From positions 6,969 through 70,968 of the IMG/VR virus record IMGVR_UViG_3300031227_000034: a DNA stretch of 64,000 bases. One strand, written 5' to 3'. The stretch comes from a virus. The notes below the pieces were generated by a model. That model was not told the origin of the DNA. It saw only the letters and a program-made list of their open reading frames with translations, and made no database searches. This document shows positions 1 through 9,114 of this stretch, piece by piece (position 1 is the stretch's first letter; each line of letters begins with the position of its first letter). The position numbers and the translations under genes were made by a program.

Positions 1-280
1 TAACTGTAACACAAAGGACTTGATTAAGCAAATCTTTGTTCGCTCGAAGCCATTCATTATAATCCATATCGTACTCGACACATATTGCAGGCATAGATTG
101 GTGCGTAATGTCTCCTTTATCATGGCTGGCTGCATAATGTAAATCCGCCATCATATCTTCCATGTCTGCATATTCAACGATATCGGCGGGATGTTTCTTA
201 GCATTCTTTGCCATTGCAGATTTCCATGTGTTGTGTGCTTCTCTCAGCAACTTAATCATAGGGTCTTTATTCTCTGTCAT
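1..280 (-). CDS. hypothetical protein, runs off window start
   Basis: ATG at 280 with GGAG upstream; open frame MTENKDPMIKLLREAHNTWK... to the edge (read by hand, not in ORF track). Confidence 0.6.
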   Translation of the reverse strand, partial: MTENKDPMIKLLREAHNTWKSAMAKNAKKHPADIVEYADMEDMMADLHYAASHDKGDITHQSMPAICVEYDMDYNEWLRANKDLLNQVLCVTV

Positions 281-325
281 TATTATAGCTCCACGGTTAA
301 ATTGAATATTCCAAATTCTGAAACG

Positions 326-396
326 ACTATAACAAAATAAAAACAACAAGTCAAGTAAAAAATCTCTTGACTTTATTTATTTTTTGTAGTAAAGTC
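326..396. promoter_or_regulatory. divergent sigma70-like promoter pair
   Basis: minus TTGACT-N17-TATAGT and plus TTGACT-N17-TAAAGT between divergent genes. Confidence 0.55.
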
Positions 397-445
397 TTTT
401 TAATCAGACTTACTGGTTTTGTTTATTTTACAATGGAGGCAAGCA

Positions 446-643
446 ATGGAAACAATTTGTGTAGATTGTGGAAAAGAAACAGAAGAAACGTGTAAAATTT
501 GTGGACAGCCACTTTGCGATGAGTGCATAACCACAGAACCATATAAGGAAGATTTGGTTGGGTGTTATTTTTGTCGTCAAGAAATTAAAGACGAAGATGC
601 TGAACACGAAGATTATTTGCACATGACAGCAAAAGGAGATTGA
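446..643 (+). CDS. small Cys-rich (zinc-binding) protein
   Basis: GGAGG before ATG 446; four CxxC pairs. Confidence 0.65.
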   Translation: METICVDCGKETEETCKICGQPLCDECITTEPYKEDLVGCYFCRQEIKDEDAEHEDYLHMTAKGD

Positions 644-646
644 CTA

Positions 647-1063
647 ATGAGTGAATTTAATCCAGAGTTATGTAAGGTCAAGGCGTTGGACTTCAATAAC
701 GCATGGTGTGAGGGTTATCCAATACCCAGAACTAATCCAAATGCTACAGTATGGTTTTTGGATATGAACGATGATAGAGGTGGTATTGTAAGAATAAAGA
801 CTGACACCATATGCAGGTGTACGGGAAGGCTAGTTGGTGGTGATCGTTTGGTTTTTGAAAGCGATTGTTTTTGTATAGACAATGAATGTTACGGGGTTAT
901 TGTTTGGGATGATGACGGTTTGTGGGAAGTTGAATACTACGACAAAAACCCTGTAGGTAAATATCTTAATATAGGATACCTAAAAGGCGGGGATTGTCTC
1001 GCTGATCTGATTAGTCTTGGCGGGTATGAATTTATTGGCAACATCCACGACAAGGGAGAATGA
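647..1063 (+). CDS. YopX-like phage protein
   Basis: DTICRCTG..D..VFESD and C-terminal EFIGNIHD resemble YopX motifs. Confidence 0.6.
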   Translation: MSEFNPELCKVKALDFNNAWCEGYPIPRTNPNATVWFLDMNDDRGGIVRIKTDTICRCTGRLVGGDRLVFESDCFCIDNECYGVIVWDDDGLWEVEYYDKNPVGKYLNIGYLKGGDCLADLISLGGYEFIGNIHDKGE

Positions 1064-1260
1064 GCATGGATAAGAAATATAAAAACATAATCAGGCGACT
1101 ACTAATCAGCATGGAATTGTGGGCATCTGAGGAGGACGGCATTCCAGATTTTGAATATAAAAAATTTGGTGTAAATCCTTATAGAGTATATATGGATGCA
1201 AAGACAAAGCTCGGTATTGATGAGGAAACAACAGTTATTTCTCACGACAAGGAGGACTAA
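1060..1260 (+). CDS. hypothetical protein
   Basis: ATGA-coupled ORF with RBS. Confidence 0.6.
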   Translation: MSMDKKYKNIIRRLLISMELWASEEDGIPDFEYKKFGVNPYRVYMDAKTKLGIDEETTVISHDKED

Positions 1261-1262
1261 GG

Positions 1263-1439
1263 ATGAAGTACTACTATGTATGGGGAAACAATCCAGTAAG
1301 ATTGAAATACAAAGGCAAATTATGTAACATGCTTGCAAGCGGAAAAATGGGCAGCGTTCTTATCGAATTTGAATGCGGTCACAAAATGGTAACAAGTAGA
1401 AGGGCAATCAGACTAATAAAAAAGAAAGGCAGACCATGA
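1263..1439 (+). CDS. small hypothetical protein (58 aa)
   Basis: MKYYYVWGNNPVRLKYKGKLCNMLASGKMGSVLIEFECG..., fills the gap between coupled ORFs; below ORF-track cutoff. Confidence 0.6.
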   Translation: MKYYYVWGNNPVRLKYKGKLCNMLASGKMGSVLIEFECGHKMVTSRRAIRLIKKKGRP

Positions 1440-1912
1440 GAAATCCAGATGATAAAACAACTCGCCTACCCGTAAGGATACTTGGAATGATGTCTGCGGA
1501 AACGAAAACAAAAACATTTACCGCACCAGTAGAGATAACTCCGCATGAGGACGGAGAGCATTGCGGAGAGTGTGGATGGCTAAAAAAAAATTTCTATTAT
1601 GATTTTTATCACAAGTGTATTTTTAAAAACTGGAATGGTCGAAAGATAAAAACAACAAAAAAACTAGATACTTGTGGCACTGCAATATATTTTTTTATTC
1701 GACACAACCAATGCCTTGAGGCCGAACGGAAAGCAAAGGTCAGCGGATCAAAAGAAGCTTGTGCTGAAGATATGTATGATATGCTAGAAAAAGTTGTGCC
1801 TGCACTTGATAAATTATACAAATTTGTAGCTATCCAAACGAATGCTATGAAATCACACAACCCGTTTGCTGACAAAATCAACGCACTACTAAAGAAAGCA
1901 CGAGGTGAATAA
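1436..1912 (+). CDS. hypothetical Cys-rich protein, paralogue of 23659-23844
   Basis: shared FT.PVEITP.EDG.HCG.C and CLEAE. Confidence 0.6.
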   Translation: MRNPDDKTTRLPVRILGMMSAETKTKTFTAPVEITPHEDGEHCGECGWLKKNFYYDFYHKCIFKNWNGRKIKTTKKLDTCGTAIYFFIRHNQCLEAERKAKVSGSKEACAEDMYDMLEKVVPALDKLYKFVAIQTNAMKSHNPFADKINALLKKARGE

Positions 1913-2202
1913 TGCCTACAGTTGATTTAGTATTTAGGGATTTGCCGGATAAATTTGAGTGGGTGGAAGGTTGTATCGGGAATAACAGGATTCATTTCAA
2001 TCTTGCTTTAGGAAACTTTGAGATACTTTTAAGACACACTATGCACCCGTTTGGTGATGGATACGGATGGCTTTCTTGTTTATATATGTTCGGGTCTTCA
2101 TTTAATATGGACAGAGAACCTTTTAATATAGACTATTGCGACACTCCAGACGAGGCCAAGCAAGCTTTTGAAAAATGGATAAGAGCCAGGGAGGTGAAGT
2201 AA
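1912..2202 (+). CDS. hypothetical protein, paralogue of 22915-23520
   Basis: shared TVDLVFRDLPD.FEW and E.WIR.RE. Confidence 0.65.
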   Translation: MPTVDLVFRDLPDKFEWVEGCIGNNRIHFNLALGNFEILLRHTMHPFGDGYGWLSCLYMFGSSFNMDREPFNIDYCDTPDEAKQAFEKWIRAREVK

Positions 2203-2288
2203 AATGAGGGATTACGTTGACGTTTGCGTTGACTACAACAATAAGTGCTGTGTTTAATTGATTATTATCTGGATAAACGGAGGATATA

Positions 2289-3056
2289 ATGGAGTTTGAA
2301 ACAGTTTGTGGATTTCAAAACATAACACATAAAAACTTTACAATATATTTCAAGGAAGAAACACAGAAATACGTTCAAAAAACAATAACAGATATAGACG
2401 ACAATGTTGACAAAATGTGTAGAGATTTGGGATTTTCATTTAAAAAAGATATGTTGATATATATTGTTGACAACGGGCTTGACTTTGAGCGTGCGTCTGG
2501 GCTATATTCAGAAGACTTGACCCATATTGTCGGTGTTGCCCAGCACGGCATTGATTCAGTTAAGATAGTTATAGCAACTTATGGACAAGATTTTACAGAA
2601 ACGCTGCTACATGAAATTTCTCATTCAATAATAGACTACATGGTGTTGGCAAACATACCTATGTGGTTCAAGGAGGGAATGGCTATGTGGCATTCAGGAG
2701 AAAGAGTTTGTGGGCTTATCCCATCGCTTACAAATAATGAACTTTATTCAACAGAGCGTCCAGAAGATATACAAGATGTATTAAATGTTTGTAAGTCCGG
2801 TTTTTCTCTTGTTGAATACCTAATTAGAAAAGAAGGAATATGCTCTGTATCAGACCTAATGGACTGTCTGGTTTTTGGAAATGGATTTGCGTGTTCATTC
2901 AAGATGGCGTTCGGAGAAAGTATGGAATCGCAGTTAAATAATTGCATACTAGATTCTAAGATGAATTTCAATGATTCAATATGGTTTGATGAAAAAGACA
3001 TTGTTTCTATCTCTATAAATCTAAGGGTGGAAAACAACGAAGGAATTGCCATATAG
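2289..3056 (+). CDS. peptidase MA-like zinc metallopeptidase
   Basis: TLLHEISH (HEXXH) followed by PMWFKEGMA third-ligand motif. Confidence 0.7.
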   Translation: MEFETVCGFQNITHKNFTIYFKEETQKYVQKTITDIDDNVDKMCRDLGFSFKKDMLIYIVDNGLDFERASGLYSEDLTHIVGVAQHGIDSVKIVIATYGQDFTETLLHEISHSIIDYMVLANIPMWFKEGMAMWHSGERVCGLIPSLTNNELYSTERPEDIQDVLNVCKSGFSLVEYLIRKEGICSVSDLMDCLVFGNGFACSFKMAFGESMESQLNNCILDSKMNFNDSIWFDEKDIVSISINLRVENNEGIAI

Positions 3057-3062
3057 AAAAAC

Positions 3063-3091
3063 TTGACATCTAACACATTTGCATGTACTAT
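3063..3091 (+). promoter_or_regulatory. sigma70-like promoter
   Basis: TTGACA-N17-TACTAT upstream of 3123. Confidence 0.65.
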
Positions 3092-3122
3092 GTAGGTGTG
3101 TTAGATTGTTAAGAGATTTGAA

Positions 3123-3968
3123 ATGGAATTAGAGCAAGAGTTAGAAAATCAAAAAGTAGAAGTTACCGACAAGGACAACTTTGTTGTTGTAAAAAACAAC
3201 ATAGAAGCCGCCATCGGTCAGGCTATAAGAAAAAAACGTCCAGATTTCAGAGAAAAATATTATAGGGCGGCTTGGGATTATTGTCTCGACCCAAGAATAT
3301 CAACAGTTCAAAAATCAATGAAATTAAAATCTCTTGAGTTGGCATTCAAATACGTAAACAAGGGGCTGGTTAGGTCTAGGCTTAGTCCAATTAAGGAAAT
3401 ACGCAACGAACTGTTAAAGCACAAGATAAACTATCTTGAACGGTCATATGGGAAATCTTGGGCAGATGTAGAAAATAATTGGCTGGTGATATATGATAGC
3501 CAGCAGCAGCTCGCATCTCAAATAACAAACATGTTGACAAAAATATTAAGACAAAACGGGTTTGACGACAAGGTTGTAAAGAAAGCTAAAAAGATATTTG
3601 TTTCTGGAAACATAAACCCAGATGACGAACATAATATTGACGGTTTGGAAAGTAAGCCACAAACAATAGAAGAACTTGAGAAACAAAAAAACGATCTTGA
3701 GTCAGACATAATTTCCTGTTCAGAGAAACTGTCAATAAAAGAGCTTAAAGTTGTAACAGAAATGTTAAACTCAGTTGTGTCAACTTCAAAGAAAATACTT
3801 GAGGCACAAAACATGGCTTTTGGCGGAGCAGATGCAAGAAGATTGATAGAAAAAGAAGAATTTATAAAGAACATGGCAGTTAAATATGGATTTGACATCA
3901 ACGACATTGAAAATATTTATTCAAATGTAATTGATGCCAAGAAACAGTCTGACGGTAGCTGGGAGTAA
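3123..3968 (+). CDS. hypothetical helical protein
   Basis: 281-aa ORF with own promoter; no motif recognised. Confidence 0.65.
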   Translation: MELEQELENQKVEVTDKDNFVVVKNNIEAAIGQAIRKKRPDFREKYYRAAWDYCLDPRISTVQKSMKLKSLELAFKYVNKGLVRSRLSPIKEIRNELLKHKINYLERSYGKSWADVENNWLVIYDSQQQLASQITNMLTKILRQNGFDDKVVKKAKKIFVSGNINPDDEHNIDGLESKPQTIEELEKQKNDLESDIISCSEKLSIKELKVVTEMLNSVVSTSKKILEAQNMAFGGADARRLIEKEEFIKNMAVKYGFDINDIENIYSNVIDAKKQSDGSWE

Positions 3969-4057
3969 TAAAGAGTAAACGTCAACACTGGCTATAGCAC
4001 TTAGAGCCAATGTGTTGTCATTTAGGTCGCCTATCACCAGTCTTTAACTCCCTTGGG

Positions 4058-4633
4058 TTAATTGCTTTTCTTATTTATATAGGCACAGGTTGCAAGATTT
4101 TCTATATTCTTATAAATTAGATCAAGATTTTCTTGTCTATCGTCATCAATATCAATTTTTGTTATAAAAAACTCTATGTCACAAAATTTGCAACTCTCTT
4201 TTTCTGTCATCTGCAAATTGTGTTCAACATAAAAAATAGTTTTGTTTTTAATTTCTTTAACTTCTAATATTGAAAACCAATATGAAGACACGAACCATGC
4301 TATACTTTCAAGCCCGCAATTCTCAAATTTAGTTGTACTTGCGTGACTGCTTTCTAAAAATTCTCCAACTTTAATTTTCTTTTTACACTCTGCTCTTCTT
4401 TTTTCGGTCACAATAAGAATTTCAGCATTTGTTTTCTCTGTTTGTGCCGCAATTTTTTCATCAAGGGTGCGGGACAGAGTGTCTGTTTCATCCTTATTTG
4501 CATGCTCTAAATCACGTCTTAACCTTAACTTGCCATCCGAGGATAACCTATTTCGTCTCTGTATGTGAAGAAACAACCAATAACACAAAATAAATACGAC
4601 ACATATTGCAATAACTATATAGGCTGTTTCCAT
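4058..4633 (-). CDS. membrane-anchored hypothetical protein
   Basis: N-terminal hydrophobic helix, AAGGAG RBS. Confidence 0.65.
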   Translation of the reverse strand: METAYIVIAICVVFILCYWLFLHIQRRNRLSSDGKLRLRRDLEHANKDETDTLSRTLDEKIAAQTEKTNAEILIVTEKRRAECKKKIKVGEFLESSHASTTKFENCGLESIAWFVSSYWFSILEVKEIKNKTIFYVEHNLQMTEKESCKFCDIEFFITKIDIDDDRQENLDLIYKNIENLATCAYINKKSN

Positions 4634-4694
4634 TTTAGTTCTCCTTAAGTTTAATTCGTGTCACACACAGATGTTTTTTAATCAAACTTTCCGT

Positions 4695-4949
4695 TTACTT
4701 TTTATACAAACGATAGTTTTCTAAAAAGTCACAAAAAGACGAGTCGCCAGATATTGCATAATCATAAGACTTTAAAATAAGCCCCAATTTTTTACACGAC
4801 TCTGATAAAAACGAAACAGCATCCAGCAGTTCGTCTCTATCTTGGTGTTCTAAAATCTCGGAGTCTTCACTAGTCTCCATGTCATATTTGAGTCTGCCGC
4901 TAATACTTATTAAATTTCTATCTTCGTAATCAAAGTGTCCGCCACTCAT
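4695..4949 (-). CDS. phage hypothetical protein
   Basis: MSGGHFDY...D..SGD pattern common in phage ORFs. Confidence 0.65.
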   Translation of the reverse strand: MSGGHFDYEDRNLISISGRLKYDMETSEDSEILEHQDRDELLDAVSFLSESCKKLGLILKSYDYAISGDSSFCDFLENYRLYKK

Positions 4950-4973
4950 GGCTGTTCCTTTCGGTAAAGTTTT

Positions 4974-5219
4974 TTAACACACTCTTTCTTGAATAAAGTA
5001 TGTTGCATAGTCTCTATCGCCAGACCTCGGCAGTCTAGCAGTTCTAAGCGACTTGGTTCGTCTTAATACCAAAGTTTTATTTCCCCGTTTCAATACTTCG
5101 TGTCTCGTTCCAATAAAACTTCTTTCAAAAATAATAGGAAACCTAACCCCTAGCACACTTGAAATCATTTTGTGTGCTTTTCTTCTTTCAAGTCTTTTTT
5201 CTGCCTTGTAGAGTCTCAC
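4974..5219 (-). CDS. basic hypothetical protein
   Basis: GTGA-coupled ORF with GAGG. Confidence 0.55.
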   Translation of the reverse strand: MRLYKAEKRLERRKAHKMISSVLGVRFPIIFERSFIGTRHEVLKRGNKTLVLRRTKSLRTARLPRSGDRDYATYFIQERVC

Positions 5220-5605
5220 TTTGTCACCTCGCTTTCATTAATCAATCCTGAAAATAAAATATCATAATAGCTGGTATGGAAACTCTCTTTAAAATCAGCT
5301 TTGTCGTTTATTTCGTCAATAAAATTGGGTTGACTGCATTTTGGCAAGTACTCAAGGCTAAATTTCTCGTTCATAACCATAGTGTTTTCATTTAGTAATC
5401 TGCAATTAAAGCCTTTGTTTTTACATTCTTTCAGTGCTGCTTTCAAAAGAAGTGACCTTCCAACAATCATATCACCTTTTGTTGTAAAGCCTGTTGATAC
5501 ATTAGTCATAGCAAGAAGCTCGTTTGGTTTATAAGTTCCATCCTTACAGTCAATGAATACCGTGAACCATTCTGACCAATATTTTTCAGCATTATATTTA
5601 CTCAC
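5216..5605 (-). CDS. hypothetical protein
   Basis: coupled ORF with GGAGG. Confidence 0.6.
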   Translation of the reverse strand: MSKYNAEKYWSEWFTVFIDCKDGTYKPNELLAMTNVSTGFTTKGDMIVGRSLLLKAALKECKNKGFNCRLLNENTMVMNEKFSLEYLPKCSQPNFIDEINDKADFKESFHTSYYDILFSGLINESEVTK

Positions 5606-5786
5606 AGTATCACCTCCTCCGCAGCACAGTTAATATTACTAAAATATTTACCACAAACATTAAATCCTCCTAAAGTCTCATATACATCGCAAGACTCAAA
5701 GACTTGATCCGGCTTGCCATCGCAGCTTACAACTACGATTGATTGCATAGGGGAGCGGCCAGCTATCAGGAAAGCTATTAAAAGTA

Positions 5787-6173
5787 TTATTCGCATTGGT
5801 CACCATCACAATAATCATCAGCAATCTGTGCCTCAAGCTCGTTGGCCTGTTTCTTTTCGTCACGGCCTTCGCTGTCTGAATCAATAATCTCATTGAGCTT
5901 GTCGCAAATCATACGTTGGTCTTCATGCGAATAAGCACCACCCTGCAAAATAGTAAATCTGTAACCAACAATTTCAAATTCCATCGACTTGTCTTTGAAA
6001 TCCCTTGTTATTTCCCAAACACTGACTTCCGGCTTATCACAATGACTGTGGAAGTTTACCGCATAACCCGGAATTTCAAACAGGCATGAAATAGATGCAC
6101 GTTTGTAATTAAGTTCTGCACTTACTATCTTGTAATTTTGTACCGCCTCTTGCATTCTTTCAATAATTTTCAT
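5787..6173 (-). CDS. hypothetical protein
   Basis: ORF; likely start at MKIIER after GGAGGT. Confidence 0.55.
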   Translation of the reverse strand: MKIIERMQEAVQNYKIVSAELNYKRASISCLFEIPGYAVNFHSHCDKPEVSVWEITRDFKDKSMEFEIVGYRFTILQGGAYSHEDQRMICDKLNEIIDSDSEGRDEKKQANELEAQIADDYCDGDQCE

Positions 6174-6211
6174 TTGTATTACCTCCATTAGTTGTTGTTC
6201 CAAATTTTAGA

Positions 6212-6658
6212 TTATTCTGATTTTGGTTTTAGCCCAGATAAATTCCACGAATGGCAATCCATAACTTGCTTTCGCCATTCTTTATCTGTAACACCCTTGG
6301 CTCTTGCACTGTGACGATTTTCATAATAAACAACTTCTCTTTCTTTATCGCTATTATTTTTTTGGTTTTTTTCCTCAAGATCGGTAACTTTCTTTTCTAA
6401 TCTTTCAAGTATTGGAATTGTGCTTTCTCCACCATCCCTAAAAGATATTTCTGAGGAGCTAATTATTTTAATTATTGGGTCTTCTTTGCTTTGCTCAAGC
6501 TTGCCACCATTCTCCAATAGGCCAATAATAGAAGATAATGCTTCAATAACCGAACTTGTCGCCTCTATAGCAATTCTACTAGAACCATAGTTTGTGCTTT
6601 CAATAACCACCATCATTTTTTTATTCATCTTTTTCTCCTGTTCATTTAAGTTATTCAC
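6212..6658 (-). CDS. hypothetical protein
   Basis: ORF in co-oriented block. Confidence 0.55.
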   Translation of the reverse strand: MNNLNEQEKKMNKKMMVVIESTNYGSSRIAIEATSSVIEALSSIIGLLENGGKLEQSKEDPIIKIISSSEISFRDGGESTIPILERLEKKVTDLEEKNQKNNSDKEREVVYYENRHSARAKGVTDKEWRKQVMDCHSWNLSGLKPKSE

Positions 6659-6944
6659 ATCCCACTAAATCAACATATCCTTCATCGTGGATATTTGTAA
6701 TTTTAAGATTATAATCTGTTCCGGGAACATTTACCGTATCCCCAACTTCATAATCGTCTAAATCTGTAACATTATCTTCTGGATATACGCTACTGAAACA
6801 ATAATTTCCTATAACCAAATCTCCACAAAGTTCGTCATCAAAGTCAAGATTTAATTCAACTGCTTCAAGAAATGTCATTGTCTGCATCTTTCCAAAATAC
6901 AGGAATTTGATTTTTGTCATAATGCCCTGCACTCCAATAAGCAT
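6651..6944 (-). CDS. acidic hypothetical protein
   Basis: ORF in co-oriented block. Confidence 0.55.
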   Translation of the reverse strand: MLIGVQGIMTKIKFLYFGKMQTMTFLEAVELNLDFDDELCGDLVIGNYCFSSVYPEDNVTDLDDYEVGDTVNVPGTDYNLKITNIHDEGYVDLVGCE

Positions 6945-7085
6945 TTTTACCTATCCTGCCAATCAGGTTAATGTCAAATAGAGACAAGACAACATCTTTT
7001 GCTTCATCAATGGAGATGCAGTTTGTCCAAAAATGTTCGTGGCGTTCTAGCTCTGGGTGTCTCTCGTTGTAATTTTCGATTATCA

Positions 7086-7232
7086 TTATTTTTTTCCTTC
7101 ATTCGTGTCCTCGTCAGATTCGTAATCCCTGCCATATAATGTTTCATCAATGTCGCCATCAACAAACAATCCAGACAGATCATCAAACATGCTTTCTCTA
7201 TCCATACTTTTTACAAAATCATCATATTCCAT
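7086..7232 (-). CDS. 48-aa highly acidic peptide
   Basis: AAAAGGTGG RBS; MEYDDFVKSMDRESMFDDLSGLFVDGDIDETLYGRDYESDEDTNEGKK; TAATG coupling to next ORF. Confidence 0.6.
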   Translation of the reverse strand: MEYDDFVKSMDRESMFDDLSGLFVDGDIDETLYGRDYESDEDTNEGKK

Positions 7233-7256
7233 GTCTACCACCTTTTTAAATTAATG

Positions 7257-7385
7257 TCAAGGTAAATTTTGGTCCTGTGATTCGTCACACAGATACAACT
7301 CGTCACTACCAAAAATTTCTTTGATGTCATTATCCATATCTGTGCTGTCTATCATTCCAACATAGCTTTCTACGTAATTATCCAT
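7257..7385 (-). CDS. 42-aa highly acidic peptide
   Basis: AAGGAG RBS; MDNYVESYVGMIDSTDMDNDIKEIFGSDELYLCDESQDQNLP. Confidence 0.6.
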   Translation of the reverse strand: MDNYVESYVGMIDSTDMDNDIKEIFGSDELYLCDESQDQNLP

Positions 7386-7419
7386 GATATTCTCCTTTTG
7401 TTTTTTTAAGAACTAATTA

Positions 7420-8082
7420 TCAGTGGCCGTTTTCTATTATAAACTCAATTATTTTTTGGTATTCATTAATTTGTTCTTTATCGTAATCATTTTCAACACC
7501 AATTTTTTTAAAGTCACTTCTCCATTCAGCGAAAGAGTGGACTTCACATCCTATTGAAATAAATCCAAACTTACAATTAGTTGCCGCATGAAACGACCCT
7601 TGTATATATAATGGGCTTTTTTCCCATGCATCACCATATACCCGTGCATCACCATATACCCGTGCATCACCAGATACCCGTGCATCACCATATACCCATG
7701 CATCACCAGATACCAGTGCATTACCAGATACCCATGCATCACCAGATACCAGTGCATTACCATATACCCGTGCATCACCATATACCAGTGCATTACCATA
7801 TACCCGTGCATCACCAGATACCCATGCATCACCAGATACCCGTGCATTACCATATATCCGTGCATCACCAGATACCCGTGCATCACCAGATACCCGTGCA
7901 TCACCATATACCCGTGCATCACCAGATACCCGTGCATTTGTTGATATGTGTACGCTTAAATCAATTTCAACAGAAACCCCGACCCATCCACCAAGTTCGC
8001 CGTTTTTGTTTCTCCATCCAAGGTGTAGTTCCCCGCCAAACAATTTCTTTAATCCTGTTTTGCCAAATGTTTTTTTTGTCAT
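7420..8082 (-). CDS. hexapeptide-repeat (left-handed beta-helix-like) phage protein
   Basis: about 17 [DN]A[RWL]V[SY]G units, preceded by GELGGWV and followed by ISIGCEVH..EW. Confidence 0.8.
   Translation of the reverse strand: MTKKTFGKTGLKKLFGGELHLGWRNKNGELGGWVGVSVEIDLSVHISTNARVSGDARVYGDARVSGDARVSGDARIYGNARVSGDAWVSGDARVYGNALVYGDARVYGNALVSGDAWVSGNALVSGDAWVYGDARVSGDARVYGDARVYGDAWEKSPLYIQGSFHAATNCKFGFISIGCEVHSFAEWRSDFKKIGVENDYDKEQINEYQKIIEFIIENGH
7623..7938. repeat. 18-bp coding tandem repeat
   Basis: unit tgcatcacca(g/t)atacc(cg/ca/ag), about 17 copies. Confidence 0.95.
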
Positions 8083-8100
8083 AATATTAATCCCTTTCAG

Positions 8101-8361
8101 TTAAATTAAATTCGTGTGACACAATGTGTTTTTCTTATATATACAAAACCCATCATTTGTAAAAGAGTGTTTGCTAAAAACTTCAAAATGCTGGTTGTTT
8201 AAGTTTTTTGGCATTAATTCGTATTGCTCCCAAGAATCGCACCCTATAAATAAAACAACTTCACATTCGCTTTCTATTGTCCACTCAGGAGAAAACTCAA
8301 AGCCTGAATCTACCTTGCTATTATCTTTTAGCCTCATTTGAAGAAACCCTTGAAACTTCAT
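8101..8361 (-). CDS. hypothetical protein
   Basis: AGGAG RBS. Confidence 0.6.
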   Translation of the reverse strand: MKFQGFLQMRLKDNSKVDSGFEFSPEWTIESECEVVLFIGCDSWEQYELMPKNLNNQHFEVFSKHSFTNDGFCIYKKNTLCHTNLI

Positions 8362-8430
8362 AATTTATTCTCCTATAGTTAGACAATCCACATGCTGACA
8401 CCAACCAAATGATGCCAGCAAATTGAGTGT

Positions 8431-8805
8431 CTAATGGTTACAAATATTGTCTAGTGTATTCACTAATTCGTTAGCCCTGTCAATAGCTCCACTTGCAATT
8501 TCGCAATATACTTTGCACCAATGAAGGGGGAATTGTTTTGACAAAATACTGAAATAAGGAATTGAAATGTTGCCAGACTCCTTACCACTAAACTTGTATG
8601 TTCCGTATACCTCAACACGTCTATCGGTAAACACATAATTATAATCATCTTTTGACGTGGGGATTTCTTCACAATCGCACCGTTCGTCCTGATTAAGATG
8701 TTTAATTATATCCCTGATTCGTGGTTCGTGCTGTTTAATAAATTCTTGCTCTTTTGATCTTAATTCGTGCGATATGGACACTAAATCTTTTATTAAATTA
8801 TTCAT
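8431..8805 (-). CDS. hypothetical protein
   Basis: AGGAG RBS. Confidence 0.6.
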   Translation of the reverse strand: MNNLIKDLVSISHELRSKEQEFIKQHEPRIRDIIKHLNQDERCDCEEIPTSKDDYNYVFTDRRVEVYGTYKFSGKESGNISIPYFSILSKQFPLHWCKVYCEIASGAIDRANELVNTLDNICNH

Positions 8806-8807
8806 GC

Positions 8808-9035
8808 TTATTCTCCTGATAAGTTTTCTTCAAACTGTTTAATAACATTCTCTACTGGCTCGCCACTGTAACAGCAAACAGTAGATATAAGCGAATCATT
8901 TTTATATAATCCGAACATTGATACATCAGAATTATAGTGGCATTCGTAATCACCATCTTTTTTTCTATTGAAATATCCCTCTACTATGGTTTCATTTTCT
9001 TGTCGCTCTAATCGCTCTCGTGTTTCAGGTTTCAT
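8808..9035 (-). CDS. hypothetical protein, paralogue of 13171-13371
   Basis: both contain CYSGEPVENVI. Confidence 0.7.
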   Translation of the reverse strand: MKPETRERLERQENETIVEGYFNRKKDGDYECHYNSDVSMFGLYKNDSLISTVCCYSGEPVENVIKQFEENLSGE

Positions 9036-9114
9036 GATAATTATCCTTTTTTAAGTTAGTCAATAACTCCACATATCCACACTAGCAGTTAACTAATGTG
9101 GATAAATTGAGATA

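Noticed and set aside
3123-3968. Terminase small subunit
   Set aside because: Helical and promoter-driven, but no recognisable motif and no large subunit follows.
7551-8084. His-rich ORFs 7551-7937 (-) and 7581-8084 (+)
   Set aside because: Alternate-frame shadows of the 18-bp repeat; only 7420-8082 has an RBS and sensible flanking domains.
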